DNA of 64,000 bases from a virus (lineage: Duplodnaviria; Caudoviricetes): positions 16,440 to 80,439 of the IMG/VR virus record IMGVR_UViG_3300033179_000002, one strand, 5' to 3'. Below the pieces are notes generated by a model. That model made no database searches. It had not been told where the DNA came from and saw only the letters and a list, made by a program, of their open reading frames with translations. This document shows, piece by piece, positions 18,691-29,029 of this stretch (positions are counted from its first letter, which is position 1; each line of letters starts with the position of its first letter). The position numbers and the translations under genes were made by a program.

Positions 18691-20040
18691 CTAGAAGGGG
18701 ATCTGGTCGTCGGCGATCGTCTGCCGGCCGCCGGGACCGGCCATCTTCGCCGACATGCTCGCGATCGTCGCACCGCCGGACGATGCCGCCGAACGCGCCG
18801 GGGTCGCGGTCGCGGTCTTCCTCGGGGCGCGCTTCGCCGCCGCCTTCTTCGCCGGCTCCACCCCTCCGGCATCCCCGGCGGACGGGGCTTTCGGGGCCTT
18901 CGGCGTCTTCGTGTGCCTGCCGGGGGGGCAGAGTTCGGCGCTGAACTGGCACCGGCTGTCCTTCGGGTCGTCACAGTACGGGCACAGGCACAGGGAGCCG
19001 TCCGGCGTCGTCGCCCGTTCCCACGTCGGCGCCGCCCAGCCCGGCGGCTTCGGGAACGCCTGCACCTGCGTCGACCAGTCGCCACGCTCCGACGTCCAGC
19101 GGTACAGGTCCAGCGCCGCACGGAACGCCGTCATCGTCTGTCCATCCGTGACGACCGGGCGCAGCGCATAGCCGTCCGGACGGATCTGCAGAATCGCCGC
19201 ACCGTCCGTGGCCAGCATCGGCATCTCGATCAGCCCCAGCTTCGGCATCATCGTCTCCGCGAACCGGTACGCGGTCTGCTGCAACGGCTGCTCCCGGTAC
19301 AGTTCGGTACCCTCACCCTCCCGCGACTTCGCATCGATGATCACCCGGACACCGTCGGTGGCAATCTGCTCAGAGGTGAGGCCCGCGGCGTGCCCGACCC
19401 GGGCGCAGAACTCGGCGGCCTTCTTCGTAACCGGCCTGACGTCCACGACCCCGTCGAGGGTGCCGGCATAGCCGGCCGTGTGGTTGTAGACGGTGCATTC
19501 GCACACCACCCACGACTGGGGGGTCAGCCCGTAGTCTGCGACAAATTCCTGCAGCCGCCGGGTGTACGGTGCGATCTCCTCCGGCTTCGGCGCATATTCG
19601 CCCCAGTCGGCGCGCGGCGTATACGTCCACTCCCCGGTCTTCGTCCACCATTCCAGAACATCGTGGACGGCGCTGCCCTCCCGGGCCCTGCGTTCCGTCT
19701 CGCCGTGGTGGAACAGCGCCACCCATGCCTGTACGCAGGCATGGCATACGCCGCAGCCGAACGGCTCCGTGCGGGCCCGCGCCCGACCACACGTCGGTGT
19801 CCGCGTCGACACGATGAGTTTCGGCAGATTCTCCATCGCCCGACCCGCCGCCAGGTTCGCGGCCCAGAACTTCAAGGCGTCCTTGTCGATGACGCCGAGG
19901 GCCGTGGTGACCGAGATGTACCGGGCCGCCCGCACGACGGTGCCGCCGTTCGGGCCGTCCGGCACCTCCTCGGTGCGCACCGGATGTTCGTAGAATTTGC
20001 CGCCGTCCTCGGCGGTCCGACGCTGCAGCGGCTCAGCCAT
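18691..20040 (-). CDS. PD-(D/E)XK exonuclease (phage recombination)
   Basis: YISVTTALG, EGSAVH, YAGTLDG, IIDAKS, QQTAY motifs. Confidence 0.8.
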   Translation of the reverse strand: MAEPLQRRTAEDGGKFYEHPVRTEEVPDGPNGGTVVRAARYISVTTALGVIDKDALKFWAANLAAGRAMENLPKLIVSTRTPTCGRARARTEPFGCGVCHACVQAWVALFHHGETERRAREGSAVHDVLEWWTKTGEWTYTPRADWGEYAPKPEEIAPYTRRLQEFVADYGLTPQSWVVCECTVYNHTAGYAGTLDGVVDVRPVTKKAAEFCARVGHAAGLTSEQIATDGVRVIIDAKSREGEGTELYREQPLQQTAYRFAETMMPKLGLIEMPMLATDGAAILQIRPDGYALRPVVTDGQTMTAFRAALDLYRWTSERGDWSTQVQAFPKPPGWAAPTWERATTPDGSLCLCPYCDDPKDSRCQFSAELCPPGRHTKTPKAPKAPSAGDAGGVEPAKKAAAKRAPRKTATATPARSAASSGGATIASMSAKMAGPGGRQTIADDQIPF

Positions 20041-20309
20041 CAGGTCAGCACCTTCCATCTCATCGCGAACACCACCATCTGGCAGCGGTTCCGGGCACCC
20101 ATCCGTCCGCGCAGCACCCTGATCCGGCAGCGGACCGCGTCCGCGGTCAACGGCACCACCGCATCGATGAAACCGCCGATCTCGACGGATTCACGGCCGT
20201 CGGCGAGTCCTGCCAGCAGCAGCACATCGTCATAGCTGAACGTCAACCCTTCGGGTCGGGCAGGGCTGAGAATCTCCGCCGTCGGCTGCCGGTCAGGCAC
20301 TACGGTCAA
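20040..20309 (-). CDS. LuxR/GerE-type HTH protein
   Basis: LLAGLADG..SVEIG...AVRCRIRVLRGRMGARNRCQMV pattern. Confidence 0.6.
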   Translation of the reverse strand: MTVVPDRQPTAEILSPARPEGLTFSYDDVLLLAGLADGRESVEIGGFIDAVVPLTADAVRCRIRVLRGRMGARNRCQMVVFAMRWKVLT

Positions 20310-20508
20310 CACTCCGGTCAGCCTGGGCCACGGCCGGCTTGTCGCTGCCGGCAATGATGCCGGTAGCACCGGTCGTCAGGGCGGCCAGGACGCTGCCGAA
20401 CAGGACGACCGCCCAACGGCCCTGCGGACCCCAGGCGTAGGCGCAGGCGCTGACGGCGGCGGCACCGGCGAACCAGGCCGCGATCGCGGCAATCCACTTC
20501 ACGTGCAT
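20293..20508 (-). CDS. Two-TM membrane protein
   Basis: AAGGAG RBS; hydrophobic. Confidence 0.5.
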   Translation of the reverse strand: MHVKWIAAIAAWFAGAAAVSACAYAWGPQGRWAVVLFGSVLAALTTGATGIIAGSDKPAVAQADRSVDRSA

Positions 20509-20537
20509 GTCGTCTCCTTCGTGGTGGGCGATCGAGG

Positions 20538-21110
20538 CTACTGGGCGGGGGGCAGGAATGCGGCCGGGGGGACCGCCGCCCGGCGCATCGCCTTGCGGAT
20601 CCTCCCGGCCGCCTCGTCGCCCGGCCCGGCGTCCCCGGCGTCCCCGGCGTCCGCGACCGGGTCGGCCTTGCGGGCCTTCCCGCGGCGTGTCGTGGCCGCG
20701 GGCGTCGCGGGAAGCGCGGTCGGCTCCAGCTCCGGGGCCGGCACGGGGACGGCCGCGGGTGCCTCGTCGGACTCCTCCGGCTCGTCGACCTCGCCGGGGA
20801 AGACGGCCTCATACCAGCGGCGCACCGTCTCGTACGTGACACTCACCCCGGACAGGGAGGCCAGTACGGGCGCGATCTGCCGGAACGGCATCCGCTCCCC
20901 GACCGGGGAACCGTCCCGGTCGTAGACGAGCACGCCGGGCTGACCACGCTTCGACTTGAAGCGGTAGTGTCCGTGCTTCATCTCCTGGATGAGCTCGATC
21001 GGCTCCCGGCCCAGCCGGGCCTTCATCAGCGGGTATTTGACGTGGTCGGGGCCGTGGAGCACGGCGAGGCGCTCCGGGGGCACCGGTGGGTCATGTGCGG
21101 TTTCAGCCAT
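20538..21110 (-). CDS. Putative DNA-binding protein, first gene of leftward operon
   Basis: GAGGA RBS; HTH-like 'VSVTYETVRRWY'; low-complexity C-terminus. Confidence 0.5.
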   Translation of the reverse strand: MAETAHDPPVPPERLAVLHGPDHVKYPLMKARLGREPIELIQEMKHGHYRFKSKRGQPGVLVYDRDGSPVGERMPFRQIAPVLASLSGVSVTYETVRRWYEAVFPGEVDEPEESDEAPAAVPVPAPELEPTALPATPAATTRRGKARKADPVADAGDAGDAGPGDEAAGRIRKAMRRAAVPPAAFLPPAQ

Positions 21111-21128
21111 CCGAGGATCCTCTCAACC

Positions 21129-21146
21129 TGACACGTGGTGTGTCAA
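21129..21146 (-). promoter_or_regulatory. Leftward -35 with palindrome
   Basis: TGACACG-TGG-TGTGTCA-A. Confidence 0.7.
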
Positions 21147-21199
21147 TCGGGTCGACCATGGTGAGCGCCCCGGGGTGTGACACTCCCACGATACATGAC

Positions 21200-21229
21200 T
21201 TGACAGATGGTGTGTCAACTGGGCACAGT
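21200..21229 (+). promoter_or_regulatory. Rightward -35 with palindrome (21201-21217)
   Basis: TTGACAGA-TGG-TGTGTCA; possible -10 CACAGT at 18 bp. Confidence 0.7.
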
Positions 21230-21236
21230 GGACCCT

Positions 21237-21554
21237 ATGACAGAATCCCCTGAACGGAACGAGCGGCTCACCTGGGAGGGCGGTGTGGGCCGATCGGCCA
21301 GCCCCGGCTACCGGCCCCCGGCGTCGAGCACCCCGGACCCGGACGAGGTGCGCCGGCACTTCGAGACCATCGGCGCCCTGTTCGCCAACGCGAGAGTGGC
21401 CGACGATGAATCCATCGGCCATGAGAGTGCCCTTGCCGTCGAAGGACTGGCCGGATTCCTTGACGATGTCCGGCGCGCCCTCCTGCACGACGGCCTGCGT
21501 CCCGCGCTGCTGGCCGCACTCGTCAGCTACGAGACCGCACGGACCCGGCCGTGA
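21237..21554 (+). CDS. Hypothetical protein
   Basis: First rightward ORF. Confidence 0.45.
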   Translation: MTESPERNERLTWEGGVGRSASPGYRPPASSTPDPDEVRRHFETIGALFANARVADDESIGHESALAVEGLAGFLDDVRRALLHDGLRPALLAALVSYETARTRP

Positions 21555-21940
21555 CCCCCGGGGCGGACGCCGTCCGGCCCCGGGGACCTGGAGCCATCCC
21601 TGACACCGACATGATCAATTACCGGTTGGGTGTGTGGAAGCGGCTCGCCGTCCTCGGTGTCCCCGCCGCCGAGATCGCCGACCGGCTGAACATGAAACTG
21701 GCCGCCCTGAACCAGCTCGTCTACCGGCAGCGTAAACGTGGACATCCCAGCGCCGTCTACCACGCCGACGCGCCCCAGTTCGCGCCCGCCTCGACACTGG
21801 AAGGCAGCGAACTGGCCCGGCGCCTACACATCCGTGCCCTACGCCAGGCCAGACGGCGACGGCAACGGGAACAGGCGGCCCGGGAAGCCCGGAACACCTT
21901 CTGGGCAGCTCAACAGGATGCCGCCGGGCACACCACCTGA
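21551..21940 (+). CDS. HTH DNA-binding protein
   Basis: GVPAAEIADRLNMKLAALNQLVYR. Confidence 0.6.
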   Translation: MTPGADAVRPRGPGAIPDTDMINYRLGVWKRLAVLGVPAAEIADRLNMKLAALNQLVYRQRKRGHPSAVYHADAPQFAPASTLEGSELARRLHIRALRQARRRRQREQAAREARNTFWAAQQDAAGHTT

Positions 21941-22002
21941 CACACTGCGAACACGTGACCGCATGAACAACAGACGACGGAGACCTACCGAGGGAGTACG
22001 AC

Positions 22003-22737
22003 ATGCCGATCGAATGGCGCATTTTCACCGGCTTCGCCCTGCTGATCGTGTCCGCCGCCACCGTGGCGGTCTGGCTCGACACCCGCGCCCGGCGCCGCCG
22101 GGAAGCCGCCGAAGCGGTCGAGGATGCGCTGCGGGCCGCCCGGCTCGCCGACGACCGGCACGACCGGCACGCCGCCGAACAGTCAACCCTCCTGCGGGCC
22201 TGGGGACTCGCCGACCGGCTCGCCGACCGGGTCACCGAACACATCCCGGTCATCCGGCCCATCGAACCCGGACCGGTCGAGGCGTTCGAGCCGGACGAGC
22301 CGCCGGCCTGCGAGACATTGAGCGTGCACCAGGCCGCCCTTGTCGCCGAACACGTCGCCGCCGGCACCGGGTCCGTGGCCAGCCTCGCCGCCGCACGGCC
22401 GTCGACCGGCATGCGAACCTCGGCGCAGGTCGCCGCACTCCAGGCCGCCGAGGTCGAGGCGTATGCCGCGATCGACGAAAACGAGGTACGGCTGCTGCTG
22501 GCGCCGTTCAACCGCAGCCTCGACGAGGAATGGGCCCGGTTCGACCAGGCAACCATGCGCGCCGACTTCTGGGCCCACTACGAGCACACCGACGAGCACC
22601 GGTGCCCGCGCTGCGCCGACGCCATGCAGGAGATCTCCGACGAGTTCCGGCTCATGGTGCAGCGCGCCGAGACCACCGATACCGGACAGTTCACGCCGGA
22701 GGACGTTGCCGCCCTGGCAGCCATGCTCAACACCTGA
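22003..22737 (+). CDS. Membrane-anchored hypothetical protein
   Basis: GGGAG RBS; N-terminal TM. Confidence 0.55.
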   Translation: MPIEWRIFTGFALLIVSAATVAVWLDTRARRRREAAEAVEDALRAARLADDRHDRHAAEQSTLLRAWGLADRLADRVTEHIPVIRPIEPGPVEAFEPDEPPACETLSVHQAALVAEHVAAGTGSVASLAAARPSTGMRTSAQVAALQAAEVEAYAAIDENEVRLLLAPFNRSLDEEWARFDQATMRADFWAHYEHTDEHRCPRCADAMQEISDEFRLMVQRAETTDTGQFTPEDVAALAAMLNT

Positions 22738-22779
22738 ACCATCCCCCCATCCCCACCCCCACCACCACAGGGAGTAATC

Positions 22780-23538
22780 ATGGGACTCGAAGCGCAGCGC
22801 GCCGAGCTGCACGAGATGGACGACGAGGCCGAACGGCTCGACGGACAGGCCGCGGTCATCTCCGCCCGCCGCCGACACATCCGGGACGCGGCGAAGTGTC
22901 GGGACTGCGGCGCTCCGCAGAAACTGTGCGACACGTTCCGCGGCGACGGCCCCGGCCCGGAAGGGTTGTGCTGCTGGTCCGGGCGTCACATCCATGACCA
23001 GGACCAGCACGCCCTGTCCGTCCTGCTCGACGAGATTCAGGCCGGGCAGGTGCGCACCGTCGCCGAGATCGACCCGCCGCCAGTCCTCGGCCCCAACCTG
23101 CCCGGCATGGCCTGGCTGCTCGACCAGACGCAGTGGTGGTATCCGAAACGCCGCCCCGCCATCCTGATCACCTCCATGGACAAAACCCACCGATACAACA
23201 CGGTCAAATGGCTGGAACGGGCCGCGGGTGCCCTGCACGGTTCCGTCGGCAGCCGCTACCTGGCTGGCGCGCCCGACGAGGTGTGGACCGGCTGGATGCG
23301 GGAGGCCAACGACCCGGTCGGCTGGCTGCACCGGCAGCCGCTCGTCAAGGCGCTGCGCAAAGGCCTGCCGACCACCGGCCGGAAACTCGCCGACCTGCAA
23401 GAGCGGGCAAAACACTGGTCGACGTGCCCGATGCGGCTGCGGATCGAGGTACGGCCCGCGTTCGCGTCCTGCACCTGCGTGCCGCTGCCGGCCACCGAGG
23501 ACGGACGCGCGGACCGTACCGCGGAGGTGCCGTCGTGA
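22780..23538 (+). CDS. Hypothetical protein (Cys-containing)
   Basis: GGGAG RBS. Confidence 0.55.
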   Translation: MGLEAQRAELHEMDDEAERLDGQAAVISARRRHIRDAAKCRDCGAPQKLCDTFRGDGPGPEGLCCWSGRHIHDQDQHALSVLLDEIQAGQVRTVAEIDPPPVLGPNLPGMAWLLDQTQWWYPKRRPAILITSMDKTHRYNTVKWLERAAGALHGSVGSRYLAGAPDEVWTGWMREANDPVGWLHRQPLVKALRKGLPTTGRKLADLQERAKHWSTCPMRLRIEVRPAFASCTCVPLPATEDGRADRTAEVPS

Positions 23539-24008
23539 ACTGGCCCGCCTTCACCTGGTGGCTGCTGTCCTTCCTCGGCGACGGCATCTGCATGGTCGGC
23601 TATCTGAGCTTCACCTCCAGCCTGCGGATCTCTCACGCCCTGCGCGGTGCGATGCTGCGCAAGCACGCCGGGCACGGTCATCCGATCCCGGCGATCCCGG
23701 CGGCAGCATTCCTGCACTGGTGCCGTCGGGAGCTGCGCTGGATCGGCCTGGCCGCCGGGCTGCTCGGCGACGCTGCCCAGGCGCTGACGCAGCGGGCGCA
23801 GCACGTCGGCGGCTGGTCGGCGGAAGAAACAGGCTTCGCCGTGGCCGTGGTCGTCGGCTGGCTGTCCGTGCAGCGCTGGCAGGACAACCGGGACTGCACC
23901 TGCGACGACCACGAGCAGCGCAAGCGGCGGCGCACCACCGTGGTCAGCCGGATCATCGAAGGTGCCGGGCGGCTCGTCGCCATGCCGGTACCGGTCCGGC
24001 AACGCTGA
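23535..24008 (+). CDS. Membrane protein
   Basis: GGAGG RBS, GTGA overlap; several hydrophobic segments. Confidence 0.5.
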   Translation: MNWPAFTWWLLSFLGDGICMVGYLSFTSSLRISHALRGAMLRKHAGHGHPIPAIPAAAFLHWCRRELRWIGLAAGLLGDAAQALTQRAQHVGGWSAEETGFAVAVVVGWLSVQRWQDNRDCTCDDHEQRKRRRTTVVSRIIEGAGRLVAMPVPVRQR

Positions 24009-24103
24009 TGTTCTGGCGCTGGATCCGGCCGGTCATCGTCGGCCTCGTCGTCCTCATCATCTTTATGGTCATCGCCGACATCTACCGCACCAGTCCACAT
24101 TGA
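24008..24103 (+). CDS. 31-aa single-TM protein
   Basis: TGATG overlap. Confidence 0.4.
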   Translation: MFWRWIRPVIVGLVVLIIFMVIADIYRTSPH

Positions 24104-24104
24104 G

Positions 24105-24133
24105 TTGACACATCATATGTCAGTTGGTACCTT
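24105..24133 (+). promoter_or_regulatory. Promoter TTGACA-17-TACCTT with palindrome (24106-24122)
   Basis: TGACACA-TCA-TATGTCA. Confidence 0.8.
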
Positions 24134-24175
24134 CGTGGTGTTGGCGTAACACCCCCCACCACGGAGGTCACCATC

Positions 24176-24787
24176 ATGTCGGACACCCTCTACGCGTTGC
24201 AGACCTGGCGTGAGCGCAACGGCCTCCGCCCGCTGCGTGACGTCGCCGCCGAACAGGCCGCCCGGCTACGCGCCGTGCACGCCCCCCGCCCGGAGATCTC
24301 GCGCAACACCGGTGGCCGCGCGGCCACCGGCCGCAGCGTCGTCGCCGACCGGATCGCCGCGGTGCGCGCCGACAGCCGCTACGCCCCTGCCGTGCCGGCC
24401 GCCCGCCCGGCGCCGGTCGCCATGGTCACCCCGCGGGAACGGTTCGCCGAAGCCGACCGCCTCGCCGCCAGTGTGCCGGTCGGGCTGTACGCCCTGCCGC
24501 GCAGGGAGGCCAGCAGCGCGGGCAACACCGTCACCTTCTTCAAGGTCCACCCGTACCGGGGTGGACACCGCATCGTCCAGCTGCTCGGGTCCATCGGCAG
24601 CTTCGCCGAACGGCCGCTGCCGGTCGAACACCAGATTTTCGCCCTCCGGCACATCGCCGAGGACGCGCGCAGCGCCTCCACCCTGTTCGGCCGCGAAACG
24701 TCCACCTGCGGCGTGTGCGGCTCGCCGTTGACGAACGAAACCAGCCGGAAAGCCGGAATCGGCCCGAAATGTGCGCGTAAGTTCTGA
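24176..24787 (+). CDS. DUF6011-like Zn-finger protein
   Basis: C-terminal CGVCGSPLTNETSRKAGIGPKC. Confidence 0.75.
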   Translation: MSDTLYALQTWRERNGLRPLRDVAAEQAARLRAVHAPRPEISRNTGGRAATGRSVVADRIAAVRADSRYAPAVPAARPAPVAMVTPRERFAEADRLAASVPVGLYALPRREASSAGNTVTFFKVHPYRGGHRIVQLLGSIGSFAERPLPVEHQIFALRHIAEDARSASTLFGRETSTCGVCGSPLTNETSRKAGIGPKCARKF

Positions 24788-24852
24788 CCCACCCCGGGGC
24801 CGGACATTCCGGTCCGGCCCCGGACCTTCCCTCCCCCCGGAAAGGCTGCCCG

Positions 24853-25218
24853 ATGAACGCCCCCGCCCTGGCCCCGACCGCATCCCCCACCGCACCCCTG
24901 GTCGTGCGCCTGCGCGACCTCGGCCCCGCCCTCAGCCACCACGCCCGCGCCCAGCTCGCCGTCGCCCGCATCCGCCGGGCCGCCACGGCGCAGGCACTCG
25001 CCCAGGCATTGGACGAGGACCACCGCCAGGCCACCGACGAGCTCTACCGACTCAGCGCGGACAACCTGCCGATCGCCGACTTCGTCCCCACCGTCGTCGT
25101 ACACCGCGACACCCTCATCGCCTACCGGCCCCCGGCGACCTACCGGCGGCACTCCGCGCTGCGGCGCGCCCTCACCGCGCGTCTCGGCGGCCGGCACGCC
25201 GCCCGGATCGGCGGCTGA
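24853..25218 (+). CDS. Hypothetical protein
   Basis: GAAAGG RBS. Confidence 0.45.
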   Translation: MNAPALAPTASPTAPLVVRLRDLGPALSHHARAQLAVARIRRAATAQALAQALDEDHRQATDELYRLSADNLPIADFVPTVVVHRDTLIAYRPPATYRRHSALRRALTARLGGRHAARIGG

Positions 25219-25219
25219 C

Positions 25220-25321
25220 ATGCACCCGAAATGGCAGAGCATCGGCCTTCTCGTCATCGTCGTCAGCTGCCTGATCATCGGCTATGCCTTCGGCCACAAC
25301 GCCACCGGATGCACGCCGTGA
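25220..25321 (+). CDS. 33-aa single-TM protein (not in ORF track)
   Basis: Hand translation MHPKWQSIGLLVIVVSCLIIGYAFGHNATGCTP. Confidence 0.4.
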   Translation: MHPKWQSIGLLVIVVSCLIIGYAFGHNATGCTP

Positions 25322-25614
25322 CCGCGTTGCCGATCATCCGCTGCGACCTGTCGGACCTGCCCGTCGAAGGCTGCGGCTGCCGCATCCACCGGCCCGGCCC
25401 CAACATCCTCGACATCGAACTCCACCACACCCGGGTCGTCCGCGACTTCGGCCGGCCCGTCGACGCCAACTATCCGGGCACCTGCCCCGGCTGCCAGGAA
25501 CCCTACGACGTCGGCGACCCCATCCGGTTCGACAACAAGGGCGCGGCCAGCCGGGCCGCCGGCCCGGCCACCCGGGGCCGCTGGTGGCACGACAACTGCG
25601 CCCAGGAGGCGTGA
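25318..25614 (+). CDS. Cys/His-rich putative Zn-binding protein
   Basis: CGC..H, CPGC and WWHDNC. Confidence 0.55.
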   Translation: MTALPIIRCDLSDLPVEGCGCRIHRPGPNILDIELHHTRVVRDFGRPVDANYPGTCPGCQEPYDVGDPIRFDNKGAASRAAGPATRGRWWHDNCAQEA

Positions 25615-25638
25615 CCCGCACCACCCACCCACCACGGA

Positions 25639-25668
25639 TTGACACATGATGTGGCACCCCGGCAGACT
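25639..25668 (+). promoter_or_regulatory. Promoter with palindrome variant (25640-25656)
   Basis: TTGACACA-TGA-TGTGGCA; CAGACT at 18 bp. Confidence 0.7.
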
Positions 25669-25698
25669 GCCGGGGTGCCCGACCCTGAGGAGAACACC

Positions 25699-26754
25699 GT
25701 GACCGAACCCACCACCGGCGGCAACCCGGGCGGCAACCCCGGCGGCAACCCCGGCGGCGTGCTCACCGTCGTCACCGGCCCGGCCGGCGTCGACATCGGC
25801 CCCGCCGCCGCCCTGCTCGGCGCCAACCTTGGCGACAGCCTCGCCATCCGCACCGTCCTCAGCCACACCGACCGGCGACCGGTCCCGCATCTCAGCCCCA
25901 TCCCCGGCTACGTCCCCGCCCGGCTGAGCGCGCACGTTGGCGAATACCGGCAGAACAACGGCATCCTGTCCGGCCGGGTGCTGCTGTACAACCTGCCGTC
26001 GGCATGGCAGAACCCGCATACCAACCTCGGGGTCGCCTACTCGGGGCCGGTGTCGAACCTGCTCAACATCGACCTCACCCGGCTCAACCATCTGGGCATG
26101 CACCCCGGACACCGGGTCACCGTCCAGCGCCGCAACGTCGGCAACGAATGGTCCAACAGCGACGGCGGAGACTCCCTCATCCCGCCGCCCATCGAAATCG
26201 GCGACCTCGCCGCACACGCCCGCGACAGCGTCTTCCGCGGATCCGCCGACAGCTCCCGGCACGTCCTCATCGAAGCCGGGGACGGGCAGGGCTTCCTCGA
26301 CGCCCTGCACATCGTCGGCATCCCGCCGTGGGCGCCATACCTGGACCGGCTCGTGCTGTTCCTCGTCCTCGACGTCGCCGCCCTGCTGGCCGCCGCAGGC
26401 GACACCCTCGACCTGGCGCAGGCGATCAGCCGGGAGGTGCAGCGCCACGGCGGACCCGTCAGTGCCTACGACACCGGCACCGTCGCCGAAATGCACCTGT
26501 GCCTGCTCAACGTCCAGACGGTCATCCCGGCGCTCGCCGGCATCGACACCGCCGCCGTGATGGCCGCCACCGCACCGGAGACAGCGACCACGGCCATGCT
26601 CGGGCTGCTCGACCACATCGAACAGACCTGCCGCACAGAGGTGCTGCTCGTCGGCACCGGCAGCGTCGACGCCTCGACGCCGGACGAGCCGGGCCCGCCG
26701 GGCCCACAGGTCCTGCCGACATTCATCGACCTGCGCGGCGACGGGCAACCGTAG
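25699..26754 (+). CDS. Hypothetical protein, GGNP x3 at the N-terminus
   Basis: GAGGAG RBS; 351 aa. Confidence 0.55.
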   Translation: MTEPTTGGNPGGNPGGNPGGVLTVVTGPAGVDIGPAAALLGANLGDSLAIRTVLSHTDRRPVPHLSPIPGYVPARLSAHVGEYRQNNGILSGRVLLYNLPSAWQNPHTNLGVAYSGPVSNLLNIDLTRLNHLGMHPGHRVTVQRRNVGNEWSNSDGGDSLIPPPIEIGDLAAHARDSVFRGSADSSRHVLIEAGDGQGFLDALHIVGIPPWAPYLDRLVLFLVLDVAALLAAAGDTLDLAQAISREVQRHGGPVSAYDTGTVAEMHLCLLNVQTVIPALAGIDTAAVMAATAPETATTAMLGLLDHIEQTCRTEVLLVGTGSVDASTPDEPGPPGPQVLPTFIDLRGDGQP

Positions 26755-26835
26755 CGGTAGCGCAACACGCCTGATGGAAGATCGACGGGTGGCCCTTCGG
26801 CGGGTCACCCGTCGCCGTGCATCCAGGAGTCCGCC

Positions 26836-27363
26836 GTGCCCACCCCGCCCGTCCCGCCCATCCCTCCCGAGGAAGAACCGGACATGAAAACCAGCCTCGA
26901 CTTCGGCCACTACCGCGCCCCCGGCCAGCGTGTCCCCAGCACCGACAGCACCGAACAGCTGCCGGTGTCCCGGCGTCGCGACACGCCCCCTCCGGTGGTC
27001 AGCGCCCCCGGGATGCATACCCGTGGTGCCCGCGGCATCCCGCCGCTGACGGAAGCCGGCCCGGTCACGGTGATCAACGCCATCCTCGACGAACGGGACC
27101 AGCGGGAGCGGCGGGCCGGCCCGAACCGGTCGGCCCCGTCCCGGCCGACCGTGCGCGACATCGCCGCCGACCGGCTCGCCCGCGCCGAACGGGAGGAACG
27201 CCACCGCAACCGCCACCAGCGGCACATGGACGCCCTGGAGGCCGCCCGCGGCTGGCTCGGCGTGCTCTGCCTCTTCGGGCTGCTGATGCTCGTCGTGTTC
27301 ATGGGCGTGATCGCCGTCGGCCTCCTGTCCGGCTGGTACGTGTGGGTACCCGTCCGGCATTGA
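26836..27363 (+). CDS. C-terminally anchored membrane protein
   Basis: AGGAG RBS; C-terminal TM. Confidence 0.5.
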   Translation: MPTPPVPPIPPEEEPDMKTSLDFGHYRAPGQRVPSTDSTEQLPVSRRRDTPPPVVSAPGMHTRGARGIPPLTEAGPVTVINAILDERDQRERRAGPNRSAPSRPTVRDIAADRLARAEREERHRNRHQRHMDALEAARGWLGVLCLFGLLMLVVFMGVIAVGLLSGWYVWVPVRH

Positions 27364-27364
27364 G

Positions 27365-27393
27365 TTGACACATGATGTGTCAATTGCTACATT
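27365..27393 (+). promoter_or_regulatory. Promoter TTGACA-17-TACATT with palindrome (27366-27382)
   Basis: Perfect palindrome. Confidence 0.8.
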
Positions 27394-27400
27394 GGGGGGC

Positions 27401-27949
27401 ATGAAGGAGCCGATGACCAAGCCCATGCCGGATAACGACCCGGCCGACCCGTACGCCGACCTGTCCCCGTGGATCCGGCCCGGCGCCAAGCTCGCCAACC
27501 TGATCTACCAGGACCGCTATAGCCTGGTCACCGTTACGAACATCACCCGGACGCAGATCGTCGCCGTCGCCGACAGCAACCCCCATTCCGTCCACAACCC
27601 CAGCATCGTCTACCGGTATGAGCGGATCCCGGGCCGCGAGTTCTATCCCCACGAGGGCCCCTGTCATCAGTTGCGCGGCCGGCGTGGCGCCCGGCTGGTC
27701 CGGCGCACCCACCCGACCGTGGTCAGCCTGCGCATCGACGCCATCGCCAAGCAGGCCATGCATGAGGCCGACCTGGCCCGGAGTCGATACGGCAACCCGA
27801 TAAGGGAAGGCGACACCCGGCCCCGCGATGAGCGGGCCCTGGCGATGCTCGACGACATCGAGAACGCCGCCCGGACCGCCCGCACCAGGATCCTCGCCAT
27901 CCTCAACCCGGGTGGCGCCGTCGCCGCCGAACACACCCAGGAGGTCTGA
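27401..27949 (+). CDS. Hypothetical protein
   Basis: Directly downstream of promoter; start may be a later ATG. Confidence 0.5.
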   Translation: MKEPMTKPMPDNDPADPYADLSPWIRPGAKLANLIYQDRYSLVTVTNITRTQIVAVADSNPHSVHNPSIVYRYERIPGREFYPHEGPCHQLRGRRGARLVRRTHPTVVSLRIDAIAKQAMHEADLARSRYGNPIREGDTRPRDERALAMLDDIENAARTARTRILAILNPGGAVAAEHTQEV

Positions 27950-27951
27950 CC

Positions 27952-28319
27952 GTGAAGATCCCCCCGCTCGTCGCCCTGCGCGACCGGCTCACCCAGCTGG
28001 TGCACCGCCCCACCCCCGCCGGCCCGCCGCCGTACAGGCGCTGCGACGGCTGCAACCAGAGCACCCACCCCGTCCGGGACAGCCAGAACGTTCCCGACCC
28101 GGCGGCGTTCACCGGGCTGTACCCCGGCGAAGAACACGGAGGCGTCATCGCCACCGTTCAGGCCGCACCGATCTGGTGCGCGCCGTGCGGCGCCTGGTTC
28201 CATGCCGTCGACTGCTACAGCCGCCACCACACCCCCGGCTGGGAGCCGGCCCGGGAACGGCCACCGACCGGGCGGGCGGCCCGCAAGGTCCGGCAGGCGC
28301 GCGCGAAAGTCGGCGTCCT

Positions 28320-28323
<4 letters not shown>
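27952..28323 (+). CDS. Cys/His-rich hypothetical protein
   Basis: AGGAGG RBS; CDGC and CAPC. Confidence 0.5.
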
Positions 28324-28948
<625 letters not shown>

Positions 28949-28952
<4 letters not shown>

Positions 28953-29029
28953 AACACCTCGCGGGCCTCGCCGAGCTCGCCGTCATGCTGGTGCTCGCCG
29001 CCGTCGCCGCCCTGCTGCTCGCCAGCTGA
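28949..29029 (+). CDS. 26-aa hydrophobic peptide
   Basis: GTGA overlap. Confidence 0.3.

Noticed and set aside
18691-20040. Cas4 serving the array
   Set aside because: 17 kb away and in a standard recombination context; ordinary phage PD-(D/E)XK exonuclease is the simpler call
25282-27498. Long antisense ORFs in the track (e.g. 738 aa here, 710 aa at 45821, 878 aa at 53616)
   Set aside because: Shadow frames of high-GC genes; the opposite strand has RBSs, coupling and recognisable motifs
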